A DNA stretch of 63,127 bases, filler included, from Octopus bimaculoides (Eukaryota): NCBI RefSeq assembly GCF_001194135.2. It is 6 parts of 5 records of this genome, joined end to end, with 100 filler letters (N's around TTAATTAATTAA, not from the genome) between each part and the next. Parts side by side here need not be neighbours in the genome. Positions count along the whole stretch, not along the records: positions 1 to 14,094 come from NC_068981.1; 5 more parts are not named here. One strand, given 5' to 3'. Under the pieces are notes generated by a model that ran no database searches, was not told where the DNA came from, and saw nothing but the letters and a program-made list of their open reading frames with translations. The translations under genes were made by a program, and so were the position numbers. The stretch's first letter is position 1. Every line of letters begins with the position of its first letter. Shown here piece after piece: positions 1 through 10,400 of this stretch.

Positions 1-30
1 TATATATATATATATATATATATATAACTT

Positions 31-192
31 AAAGAAGCCCGTCATATATATATATATATATATATGTTTGCATGTCTGTGTTTGTCCCCCACCCCACTAT
101 CGCTTGACAACCGATGTTAGTGTGCTTACGTCCCCGTAACGTAGCGGTTCGGCAAGACCGATCGAATAAGTACTAGGCTTACAAAGAATAAG
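31..192 (+). mobile_element. SINE family B (CORE-like tRNA-derived SINE with internal TA/TG microsatellite), 3' half
   Basis: Matches the copy at 13770-14094 (aaagaagcccgtc...gtttgtcccc...cgcttgacaaccgatg...aataagtactaggctt). Confidence 0.8.
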
Positions 193-532
193 TGGGGTTA
201 CAATCAGTCAATCATGAGGGTAGATAGAAGAATGAGGTTGTAAATTATAGAATAGTTAAAAGGCATATCGCTTCCCCCTAATATTACTGGATTTGTGCCA
301 AATCATCATTATCATCATCATCATCATCATCATATTATTATTATTATTATCTAAGAATGCCGTAATTTAAAAATAGCATGACCTATCTAAATGTGGTATT
401 TACCGTATGAAATACCAATGGGTGCAAATGGCAAAGCACTATGTAAATCATTGATACATACATATGTGCGTATGTGTGTGCGTGTGTGTGTGTATGTGTG
501 TGCATGTGCGCGTATGTGTGTGTGTGCGTGTA

Positions 533-566
<34 letters not shown>

Positions 567-1123
567 TGTGTTTCCTCTGCAACGGCAGTAAATCAAGAGA
601 TAAGAACGCCAATATCCTCTTAGTGCCATTGAGAAGAAAATAGCCTCAATGCTAGCTCACTTCTTTTATAAGAAAATAAAACTACTCATGTGCCGAAACA
701 GATATATATATACACACATATATACTGACGGAAGTGTATGAGACACGAACACGGACATGCACACAGAAAATGTAATATAACATCATACACGTAATCATAA
801 AAAAAAAATCACCGCTTACCACCCACGCTTCACACAGTATTATACATATAGATAAACGTTCACGCGCACTCATACATCCGACACACACACACACGCATAC
901 ATCAGAACGTGGAGATTTTCCTACACGTACACACGTATAAACACCTGCAACAGATGCTTCCAAGTATACACTTTTTACGCCCAATGAAACACACATACAA
1001 ACGCACCTTCGAATACACACTCATTACACATGTATAGGCGTTTGCCTATACATGTGTAAAGTGTATACAAACAGCGTGTATACATACACCTTGACACGAG
1101 CAGATATATACCCATATCACACT

Positions 1124-1540
1124 TTCTTTTCTACTCTAGGCACAAGAGCCGAAATTTTGGGGGAAAGGGCCTGTCGATTAGATCGGTACTTAATATATCG
1201 ACCCCGAAAGGATGAAAAGGCAAAGTCGACCTCGGCGGAATTTGAACTCAGAACATAAAGACAGACGAAATGCTACTAAGCATTTCGTCCGACGTGCTAA
1301 CGTTTCTTATTTCTTTATTGCCCACAAGGGGGCTGCACACAGAGGGGAGAAACAAGGACAGACATAGGGATTAAGTCGATTAGGTCGACTCCAGTGCGTA
1401 ACTGGTACTTTATTTATCGACCCCGAAAGGATGAAAGGCAAAGTCGACCTCGGCGGAATTTGAACTCAGAACGTACAAGACAGACGAAATACCGCTAAGC
1501 ATTTCGCCCGGCGTGCTAACGTTTCTGCCAGCTCGCCGCC
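1124..1540 (-). mobile_element. Two tandem copies of SINE family A (tRNA-derived head ggcggcgagctggcagaaacgttagc), carrying different 3' tails
   Basis: Reverse complement of the 12577-12805 and 16237-16451 copies; A-box/B-box-like head (tggcagaaacgttagc, gagttcaaattcc). Confidence 0.85.
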
Positions 1541-1985
1541 GTCCATATCACACATTCTGACGCCGGTTCATATGACGGAGAAATCCTGCATTAGATGCAG
1601 CACTTTTGCCTCTTCTCTACTAGAGGCAACACTTAAACACTCGCGCAGAAATATTTTACACGGGCAGATGGAGAAAGTGAGAGAGAGAAACAGGGACTAC
1701 ATGTACATACAAACACGACTAGATGCTCACACACATAAACAGGGAGAACGAGAGAAACTTTAAAGGTCTGACGTCAAATAAGTCAACGTCGAATCACTAA
1801 TACGAAATAGGCAGCGCCAAAACGACTGTGCCGGAATGTCGCAAAATGTGTATGTGTGAATGCATCGCTTACACGTGTATTTACGAACCCAGATGGACAC
1901 ATTTTCATATTTCATGTACGTGACTGCGTCTGCTCGTATTGATCAGCACACGTTTGCCTTCCCATATATTTACTTCTTCTTCGTT

Positions 1986-2360
1986 GTGGAGGCACAATGG
2001 TCTAGTGCTTAGGGCAGCGGACTCGCGGTCGTAGGATCGCGGTTTCGATTCCCAGACCGGGCGTTGTGAGTGTTTATTGAGCGAAAACACCTAAAAGCTC
2101 CACGAGGCTCCGGCAGGGAATGGTGGCGAACCCTGCTGTACTCTTTCACCACAACTTTCTCTCACTCTTACTTCATGCTTCTGTTGTGCCTGTAATTGAA
2201 AGGGTCAGCCTTGTCACGCTGAATATCCCCGAGAACTACGTTAAGGGTACACGTGTCTGTGGAGTACTCAGCCACTTGCACGTTAATTTCACGAGCAGGC
2301 TGTTCCGTTGATCGGATCAACTGGAACTCTCGTCGTCGTAACCGACGGAGTGCCAACTTC
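1986..2360 (+). mobile_element. SINE family C, near full length (tRNA-like head gtggaggcacaatggtctagtg...gtttcgattccc)
   Basis: Pol III A/B boxes; further partial copies at about 17230-17495, 19449-19525 and 27725-27930. Confidence 0.8.
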
Positions 2361-2865
2361 TTCGTGTTCACACTTTCATTCTTTCCTAGATATAATCATA
2401 TAGTACCCTTATACACGCAAATACATACACAGGTACACATCCACGCACAGTCACACATACACACACGTATATAGATACACACATACTAATAACTGCAATG
2501 ATAATTATGGTTTCAAATTTTTGCACAAAGCCAGCAATTTCGGGAGAGTGGGTGAGTCGATTACATCGATCTCAGTACTCAACTGGTGTTTAATTTATCG
2601 ACCCCGAAAGGATGAAATGCAAAGTCGACCTCGGTGAAATTTGAAATTTGATGTAATAAGCTTGTCCCAACCCCTCAATTTTGAGGGGTTGGGACAAGCT
2701 TATTACATCGATCCCAGTGCTTCACTAGTTCTTTATTTTGTCGACCCGGAAAGAGAAAAGCAGAATTGACCTCAGCGATATTGAAAGAGACCAGCTCTGC
2801 GTCGCCTAAAGTTATAGCCTGTCTCTTCTTTGTTTTGTTGCGCAGAACATCTGTGAGTGGCTCTT

Positions 2866-2965
2866 AACTAGTGGTTAAGAGCGCGGGCTACTAACCCCAA
2901 GATTCCGAGTTCGATTCCAGGCAGTGACCTGGATAATAATAATAATGATAATAATAATAATAATG

Positions 2966-3002
<37 letters not shown>

Positions 3003-3094
3003 CAACAATAGCAACAACAACAACAACGACGACAACGACGACGATGATGATGATGATGATAATAATATTAATAATAATAATGATAATAATAATA
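2866..3094 (+). mobile_element. Short tRNA-derived SINE with compound triplet tail (ATA)n(ACA)n(ACG)n(ATG)n
   Basis: tagtggttaagagcgcgggctactaaccccaagattccgagttcgattcc has A and B boxes and is directly followed by the triplet array. Confidence 0.6.
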
Positions 3095-3254
3095 GTCGTG
3101 CGCTGTTTATCTTGATATGAGTTCACCATGTCGCGCACATATGGTTATGACGCATGTGCCTGGTGTACCCTTATCAGACGGGTAGTCATGATGGGTATAT
3201 TGGGCTTCGTATATTTTACCCCAGTGTCACTTTGATGGCATGCACTGCTCTCTC

Positions 3255-3301
<47 letters not shown>

Positions 3302-3304
<3 letters not shown>

Positions 3305-3485
3305 TCGAAAAATAGCTTAGGAATGAGAACTCAGGTTCGAAATTTTCCCAAAGATACCTGATGAAGGCTGGAGGGTAATATCAGCCGAAACGTTATGTTA
3401 ACAACAAACAAGATGAGGACAAATATCCGTCAAATGTAAATAATGTACATAACGTATATAATTCCTCATCTCTTAAATATAGAAC
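3302..3485 (+). mobile_element. Penelope-like element 3' terminal segment with a hammerhead-like core
   Basis: ctgatgaag-stem-cgaaacgtt pattern typical of PLE ends; related degenerate ends at about 22185-22335 (+) and 58915-59075 (-). Confidence 0.55.
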
Positions 3486-3581
3486 TTTATCTATGCCGTT
3501 TTCATAGCTATACTGCGCTCGAAATTTACTTCCTTATCTGTAAAATACCAATACATTCGGCACTTCCAAAGTTTCTTTATC

Positions 3582-3686
<105 letters not shown>

Positions 3687-4698
3687 GTTATAGTTAATGC
3701 GTTCGAAGAATAAATTCATTAGACTGTTAGTGACGTCATTTGGCCGACTATTTTCATAACGAAAGGTCTTCTTCCCACGCCAGATTGTAATCAACCATAC
3801 TAATTATGACTTTACAACAACAATATTTCATTCAACGCAGTTTCGTGCGACTTTAGTCAATTAATTCGAGTTTTGAGTAAATATTATGCACAATAGCGAA
3901 TGTACAAATTGCTGTTCTAATATAAGAACGAATCGTTCTTTTGGATATAAGAATGGCAGATTGGGTATTAATAGCTGATGGCGTGTAACAACACAGAAAC
4001 ATATGCGTCCTAATGGCGGCGAGCTGGCAGAAACGTTAGCACGCCGGGCGAAATGCTTAGCGGTGTGTAGCCCCTTGTGGGTAGTAAACAAAGAAATAAG
4101 AAACGTTAGCACNNNNNNNNNNNNNNNNNNNNNNNNNNNNNNNNNNNNNNNNNNNNNNNNNNNNNNNNNNNNNNNNNNNNNNNNNNNNNNNNNNNNNNNN
4201 NNNNNNNNNNNNNNNNNNNNNNNNNNNNNNNNNNNNNNNNNNNNNNNNNNNNNNNNNNNNNNNNNNNNNNNNNNNNNNNNNNNNNNNNNNNNNNNNNNNN
4301 NNNNNNNNNNNNNNNNNNNNNNNNNNNNNNNNNNNNNNNNNNNNNNNNNNNNNNNNNNNNNNNNNNNNNNNNNNNNNNNNNNNNNNNNNNNNNNNNNNNN
4401 NNNNNNNNNNNNNNNNNNNNNNNNNNNNNNNNNNNNNNNNNNNNNNNNNNNNNNNNNNNNNNNNNNNNNNNNNNNNNNNNNNNNNNNNNNNNNNNNNNNN
4501 NNNNNNNNNNNNNNNNNNNNNNNNNNNNNNNNNNNNNNNNNNNNNNNNNNNNNNNNNNNNNNNNNNNNNNNNNNNNNNNNNNNNNNNNNNNNNNNNNNNN
4601 NNNNNNNNNNNNNNNNNNNNNNNNNNNNNNNNNNNNNNNNNNNNNNNNNNNNNNNNNNNNNNNNNNNNNNNNNNNNNNNNNNNNNNNNNNNNNNNNNN

Positions 4699-4950
4699 AC
4701 TTATTCTATCGATTTCTTTTTGCCGAACCTCTAAGTTACGGGGACGTAAACACACCAGCATCGGTTGTCAAGCGATGTTGGGGGCACAAATACAGACACA
4801 CAAACATATACACACACATACATATACATATATACGACGGGCTTCTTTCAGTTTCCGTCTACCAAATCCACTCACAAGGCTTTGGTCGGCCCGAGGTTAT
4901 AGTAGAAGACACTTGCCCAAGATGCCACGCAGTGGGACTGAACCCGGAAC
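4699..4950 (-). mobile_element. SINE family B copy
   Basis: Reverse complement of 13770-14094. Confidence 0.85.
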
Positions 4951-5199
4951 CTTATTCTATTATGAATGCAAAACAACACGAGACACTCGCCCCTCGAGTT
5001 TCGTTTTCCATACACTATCTGCGAGTCTTTGTTTACTCACCTACGGTACTCTACGCATTTTCTTTTAATATATTTTAATTAATGTGTTATACAGAGCAGT
5101 GCAGTACTGTACTGTATTTTTATTTATTAATCTATTAATTTTTAGGCGTGAAAATGCTTATTATACTACAGAAATAATTAAAATCAGAAAAAATATAAA

Positions 5200-5330
5200 T
5201 GCGTATCAGTCGCAGAAACCCGTGATATACTGAGGAGTCCACGACACAAATTTACATATATTGGCGAGAAATATCCGCGATGTTCTGAGGACGCGATAGG
5301 TGAACCGCGATATGGCGAGTGATTACTGTA
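5200..5330. mobile_element. Tigger/pogo-like MITE end
   Basis: Ends gtgaaccgcgatatggcgagtgattactg|TA, the reverse complement of a Tigger-type TIR (TA-CAGTAATC.CTCGC.ATATCGCGGTTCAC); partner TIR not found. Confidence 0.5.
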
Positions 5331-5605
5331 TATTTCTTTTCACTGTATCTTTTATCTTTTACTTCCTTCATTCATTGTAACGCAGCCGTGCTGGAGCGTC
5401 GTATTGAAAGGTCTAGTTGAACAAGTTGAACAAGTAAGCCCCGATACTTTCTTTTGTGGAACCGCTAACTTACAAGGACAACACCGGTAATCAGGTGGTG
5501 GTGGTGGTGGTGGTGGTGGTGGTAGTGGTAGTGGTGGGTTACATGCACAAGGACACACATATATATATATAGGACGGCCTACCACATATGAAGTATAGGG
5601 TCACA

Positions 5606-5642
<37 letters not shown>

Positions 5643-5721
5643 AGTGTGTATCACAGTACTGACCATACTATCAGATACTGTTACACATCATTGGTCACAG
5701 TGCACTTCCATTTCTGTCTCC

Positions 5722-6385
5722 ATTACTCTCTTTTACTCTTACTTGTTTCAGTCATTTGATTGCGGCCATGCTGGAGCACCACCTTTAGTCGAGCAAATCG
5801 ACCCCAGGACTTATTCTTTGGAAGCCTAGTACTTATTCTATCGGTCCATTTTGCCGAACCGCTAAGTTACGGGAACGTAAACACACCAGCATCAGTTGTC
5901 AAGCGATGTTAGGGAGGAAAACACAGACACACAAAAACACACATACACACATATATATATATATATACATATTACAAATTAAAAGGGTAAAGGAATTATC
6001 AATTTATTAATTAATAAATCAATTAATAATTAATAATTTTTACCAAGCCCAACGGTATGAAAGCATCATTATTGGTGGAGAACTTATTCAAAAAAAGTTC
6101 ATATATTTATAAATATAATTAAGGGATCAGCAAAATATTTGCTTCACCATATACCGAAGTTCAGAAAAATAGCAGCTAAAAAAGCTGAGAATCTCGCAGA
6201 TAGCATCACTTGTAACTCACTTGCCTTAATTATATATATACATATATATACGACGGTCTTCTTTCAGTTTCTGTCTACCAAATCCACTCACAAGGCTTTG
6301 ATCGGCCCGAGGCTATAGTAGAAGACACTTGCCCATGGAACCATGTGGTTAGTAAGCAAGCTACTTACCACACAGCCACTCCTGC
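5722..6385 (-). mobile_element. SINE family B split by a ~260-bp insertion in its internal (TA)n tract
   Basis: 3' half at 5722-5970 and 5' half at 6232-6385, same orientation, separated by unrelated AT-rich sequence. Confidence 0.75.
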
Positions 6386-7169
6386 ATCATCCATTTCAAT
6401 ATTCACTCGAATTGCGTATGAAATGTAGGAAAGATTTAAGTTTGGCCAACAGACACACTGTTTAAAAATAAAACGTGGTAGCCATGGTTGGAACGCTTTG
6501 AGCATAGATTTGCTTTATTAGAGTTAAACAACAAAAGGAAATCAGCTTCATCATTATCATCATCACCACGACCACCACGACGACCACCACCACCACCATC
6601 ATCATCGTCGCCATCACCACCATGTTACCTTCACCATCGTGACCGGCGTCGTCGTAATCATCATCATCATCATTATCATCATCATCATCATCATCATCAT
6701 TACAACAGCCAACAACAAAATAACATACTAAATAAGGAATAAAAAAAACAGGTATAAAAAAGAAAAAAAAAAGGTCAAGAAAGAAAATTAAAAGGAAAAA
6801 AAAGGGGAAAAAATTAAGAACGTACTTGGTTTCCAGAAATATAATCTGGGAACCATAAAACAAATCCCACAAAGAAACCAACCACCACAAAAACAAATAA
6901 TTATAAATAGATATAAAAATATATAAAACAATAAACACTTTTCACTTTTAGCCATAAAGTAGATTTTTTTTTTTTTTCACCATTTTGATGCTGCCAGGCA
7001 GCGCCATCCGGTGTATGTGGTTCTTAGATACTACAGTAGTCGATGCTCATAAAGACCCTTGGTACTTTCGACTGATTTAAACCGTTTAAGCATGAATAAG
7101 CAATTAGGTCAACTATTGGGGATGGCCTTGTTTAGGGTATTTTTTTTTGTTGTTTGTTGTTATTGTTTA

Positions 7170-7460
7170 CCCCATCTCTCTGTCTATATATGTGTCTGTC
7201 TATCTGTATATCTGCTTGTTTATATATCTGTCTGTCTAGCTATATGTCTGTCAGTCCGTCTATTTATATATCTGTCTGTCTATGTCTGTGTGTGTGTGTG
7301 TCTGTGTGTGCGTGTGCGTGCGTGTGCGTGCATGTGTGTGTGTCTGCCTAAGTATCTGTCTATATATGCGTCTCTCTGTCAATAAATCTGCCTATCTATA
7401 TATCTGTCTGGCTATTTTTATATCTATCTATCTATCTATCTATCTACCTACCTACCTACG

Positions 7461-7494
<34 letters not shown>

Positions 7495-7509
7495 CCTACC
7501 TACCTATCC

Positions 7510-7567
<58 letters not shown>

Positions 7568-7730
7568 GTGTTTGTTTGTCTGACTGTCTGTCTGTCTATA
7601 TATCTGTCTATGTCTCTATCTCTGTCTCACTGTCTATTTATGCATTTGCCTGTGTGTCTATCCAAATATATGTCTGTCTGTCTGTTTGTCTGTCTGTCTC
7701 TATCTATCTATCTATCTATCATCTATCTAT
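7170..7730. repeat. Compound (TCTG)n/(TG)n/(TCTA)n microsatellite field
   Basis: Direct reading; source of the spurious YLSI-type ORFs. Similar fields at 14245-14480, 18760-19040, 22640-23190 and 56405-56490. Confidence 0.95.
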
Positions 7731-8422
7731 CATCATGGACGGACGGTAGATACATCGGCTCCCATGTAAGNNNNNNNNNNNNNNNNNNNNNNNNNNNNNN
7801 NNNNNNNNNNNNNNNNNNNNNNNNNNNNNNNNNNNNNNNNNNNNNNNNNNNNNNNNNNNNNNNNNNNNNNGAGAGAGAGAGAGAGAAGAGAAGAAAGGAA
7901 AGAGGGAAGTATGGCAGATCTTTGAAGATGAAAATAAGAAAACAAGTTAAAAGTGGCAATGAATGGAGAAAATTTTATTTTTGAATAATATAAAAGAAGA
8001 AAAAGAAAAACAAAAGCATGAGAGAGAACGTGAAATAATGAGATGTATGAGGGAGTGAAAGAAGAAAAGAACGAGTGGTGAAGGAATAAAAGACGAGAGA
8101 TGATAAAAGAGGAAGAACTATAGAATGAACAGAGGAAGAGTTGCTTGTCTAAAGGAAATTGAGGTTTTATCATAGGCTGTGAGTATACACATCCTCTTTT
8201 AATTATGAGAAATGCTTGTATCGCAGGAATGGGTTTTGAACAAGTGATTCAACACAATTATGAGTTTAACAGCCCGGTTCTACTTATGTATATCAGCTCT
8301 CATTACGTTCGGAAACACCACTTCTTGTTTCTTTGAAACATGGATGCATGGTTCTTTGTATAATATCTGCGTGCGTGCGTGTGTGTGTGTGAAGAGAGAG
8401 AGAGCGAGAAAGGGAGAGAGGG

Positions 8423-8470
<48 letters not shown>

Positions 8471-8956
8471 GAGAGAAAAAGAATATGTTTGTGTGCCGTG
8501 AAGATAAGAGAATATATCAGGCAACAATCTTATATACATTTAATTAAGTGGGTACTAACATACTTAACGTAGAGAACTGTGTGAAAAAAAAAAAGGCGTA
8601 ATTAATTAAAAATCCACCCGAAGTGAGGAGGAAAATATCATTAGCTGAATGATATTTACTCTTGTCAATAAAAACGGTGGGAGACGTCTCTGAAATTTAA
8701 ATTAATTTTTTTTAAAATTGAATTTAGGCATTCACTTTTCTCTGAGTCTGAACTCGGACAAACACGGTGACATCGCTGAACAAGAGTAGTCTCCTCTTCC
8801 TTTCTTGATTAGAATTTATCATTAACTCAATGGTTTTGCTTTATTTGTTTTTGTCTTTTGCTTTTACGCCGACTGCAATCTTAATTAATTAACGTTTGCT
8901 GATTCATTACATTAAGTATATGTTAACTTCTGCTTAATTATTTATTTCTCATACAG

Positions 8957-9005
8957 AAGGTGCCCATGGGTAATTGCTTATATACAGTGAAGTTAGCAGA
9001 TGTCG
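8957..9005 (+). other. Orphan 49-nt exon candidate (KVPMGNCLYTVKLADV)
   Basis: tttatttctcatacag| acceptor and G|gtaagt donor; only one frame is open; no parent gene identified. Confidence 0.3.
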
Positions 9006-9404
9006 GTAAGTTTTTGTCGTGTGCAGATGAAAAAGCTATCGTTTCTAGACTCTTCCTTTTCGCCTTGGAGAGAAAAATCTTACATACACAGCTAACGTAG
9101 TGATAAATCATCGTAGAAGTCTTTCACAGTTGCTAGAATTAACAGCTACATCACTCTCAAATCCAATCCTGCTTTCTTAAACAGAGGAGGACATATTGGT
9201 TTCTGTAGCACTAACTTATCAATATATCAACATAGAAGATTCCATTTGTTTGACACCAAATAATAAGCGTTTTAATAAAGTTAGTTCTTGTGTATCTTAA
9301 ATGGCTAATATGTCTCTTCCACACTGCAATCGTTTTTGTTTTAACTCAGATCGACTCATCTGCTTGGTCTCAGATCGAATCATCTGCTTGGCAAGTACAC
9401 CTCC

Positions 9405-9600
9405 GATATATGCGAGGGGGTGCTGGAAAGTTTCTGGCTTTAAGGGTATCGCGAAAGTCTTGGTTGAAGGTCCAACCTTGCAAGTTCTTTATCAGGGTTT
9501 AGAAAAACTGAAGGATCGCTGTAATAAGTGCGTGAATCTAAGAGGGGAATATGTTAAATAAAATCATAATTAACTAATCTTCCTGTATTTCTAGTAGTTC
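9405..9600 (+). mobile_element. Internally deleted mariner derivative (TIR-like start plus transposase C-terminus)
   Basis: TA-tgcgagggggtgctggaaagtt start; frame LYQGLEKLKDRCNKCVNLRGEYVK* resembles the mariner C-terminal motif FY..GI.KL..RW.KC....G.Y. Confidence 0.6.
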
Positions 9601-10114
9601 GATCTACTAGAATTAGTAGCCAATCCTGTTTTTACTTTTTTTTTTTTTTTTTTTTAAACGGGANNNNNNNNNNCAAATTGGTGTACTCATAATAGACTGA
9701 TATTCGTTTCCAATGGTAACAGAATGTCTCGTAAAGTTCACGTGAGTTGAAAAAAAAAAAATTAAAGAATAGACAAGAGACCAACTGACCGCGTCCAACA
9801 TGAAATCAGTAAAGTTTTAAATTACATATAAATAGTTATATCCTGCACCACATATACGGAAATACTTTTTTTGTATCCTAAAGGATTGAAATTCTTGCGT
9901 CTTTCATATGGTATGTAATAAATTGTGAGCTTTTTAATATATTTCCAGTTGTCGTCTGTCTTTACGTTCTGAGTTCGAATTCTGCTAAAGTCGACTTTGC
10001 CTTTCATCCTTTCGGGGTCGATAAATCAAGTACCAGTTGCGTACTGGCGTCGATCTAATCGACTGGCCCCACCCCCAAAATTTCGGGCCTTGTGTCTAGA
10101 GTAGAAAAGATTAC

Positions 10115-10400
10115 ACTATTCAATTCTCAGTGTCCTTAAGTTCATCACTATACCATTGCCCTCAATCAGAGTCTTGACCATAGATTTAGAAGGACGACCA
10201 TTGTCCATCTTTCTACAGGTAGGCTTGTAAATGAAAACTTGGCTGCCAAGCAACTCTGGATATTACAGACAATGCCAAACAAGCCCCAACAGTGTCCCTG
10301 CTATTTTGTTTGTAAACTGAGGGAGGTCACCCTACAGTTGCTCATTGGTCATTTCTACTTCACTTGCATATCTTAATCCATCCTCTGTACAAGACTCAAC
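10115..10400 (-). mobile_element. Decayed non-LTR retrotransposon (RTEX/Proto2-like) ORF2 C-terminus
   Basis: Minus frame GDLPQFTNKI...LVWHCL*YPELLGSQVFIYKPT...GRPSKSMVKTL resembles LYG.LP....I..RRL..AGHC.RHPE......W.P....GRP. Confidence 0.5.

Noticed and set aside
387-1020. ORFs rich in HT/CV/YI/YLSI repeats here and throughout the ORF track, and long X-filled ORFs
   Set aside because: They are translations of (CA)n, (TA)n and (TCTA)n microsatellites or of N-gaps; no coding signal.
2866-2930. Possible tRNA gene (also SINE heads at 1986, 13770, 61461)
   Set aside because: No complete cloverleaf or acceptor stem; each head runs into a SINE body or simple-repeat tail.
9345-9391. Short tandem duplications (also 32207-32252, 31622-31687, 50337-50380)
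   Set aside because: Two-unit local slippage duplications without spacers; not CRISPR-like and not informative.
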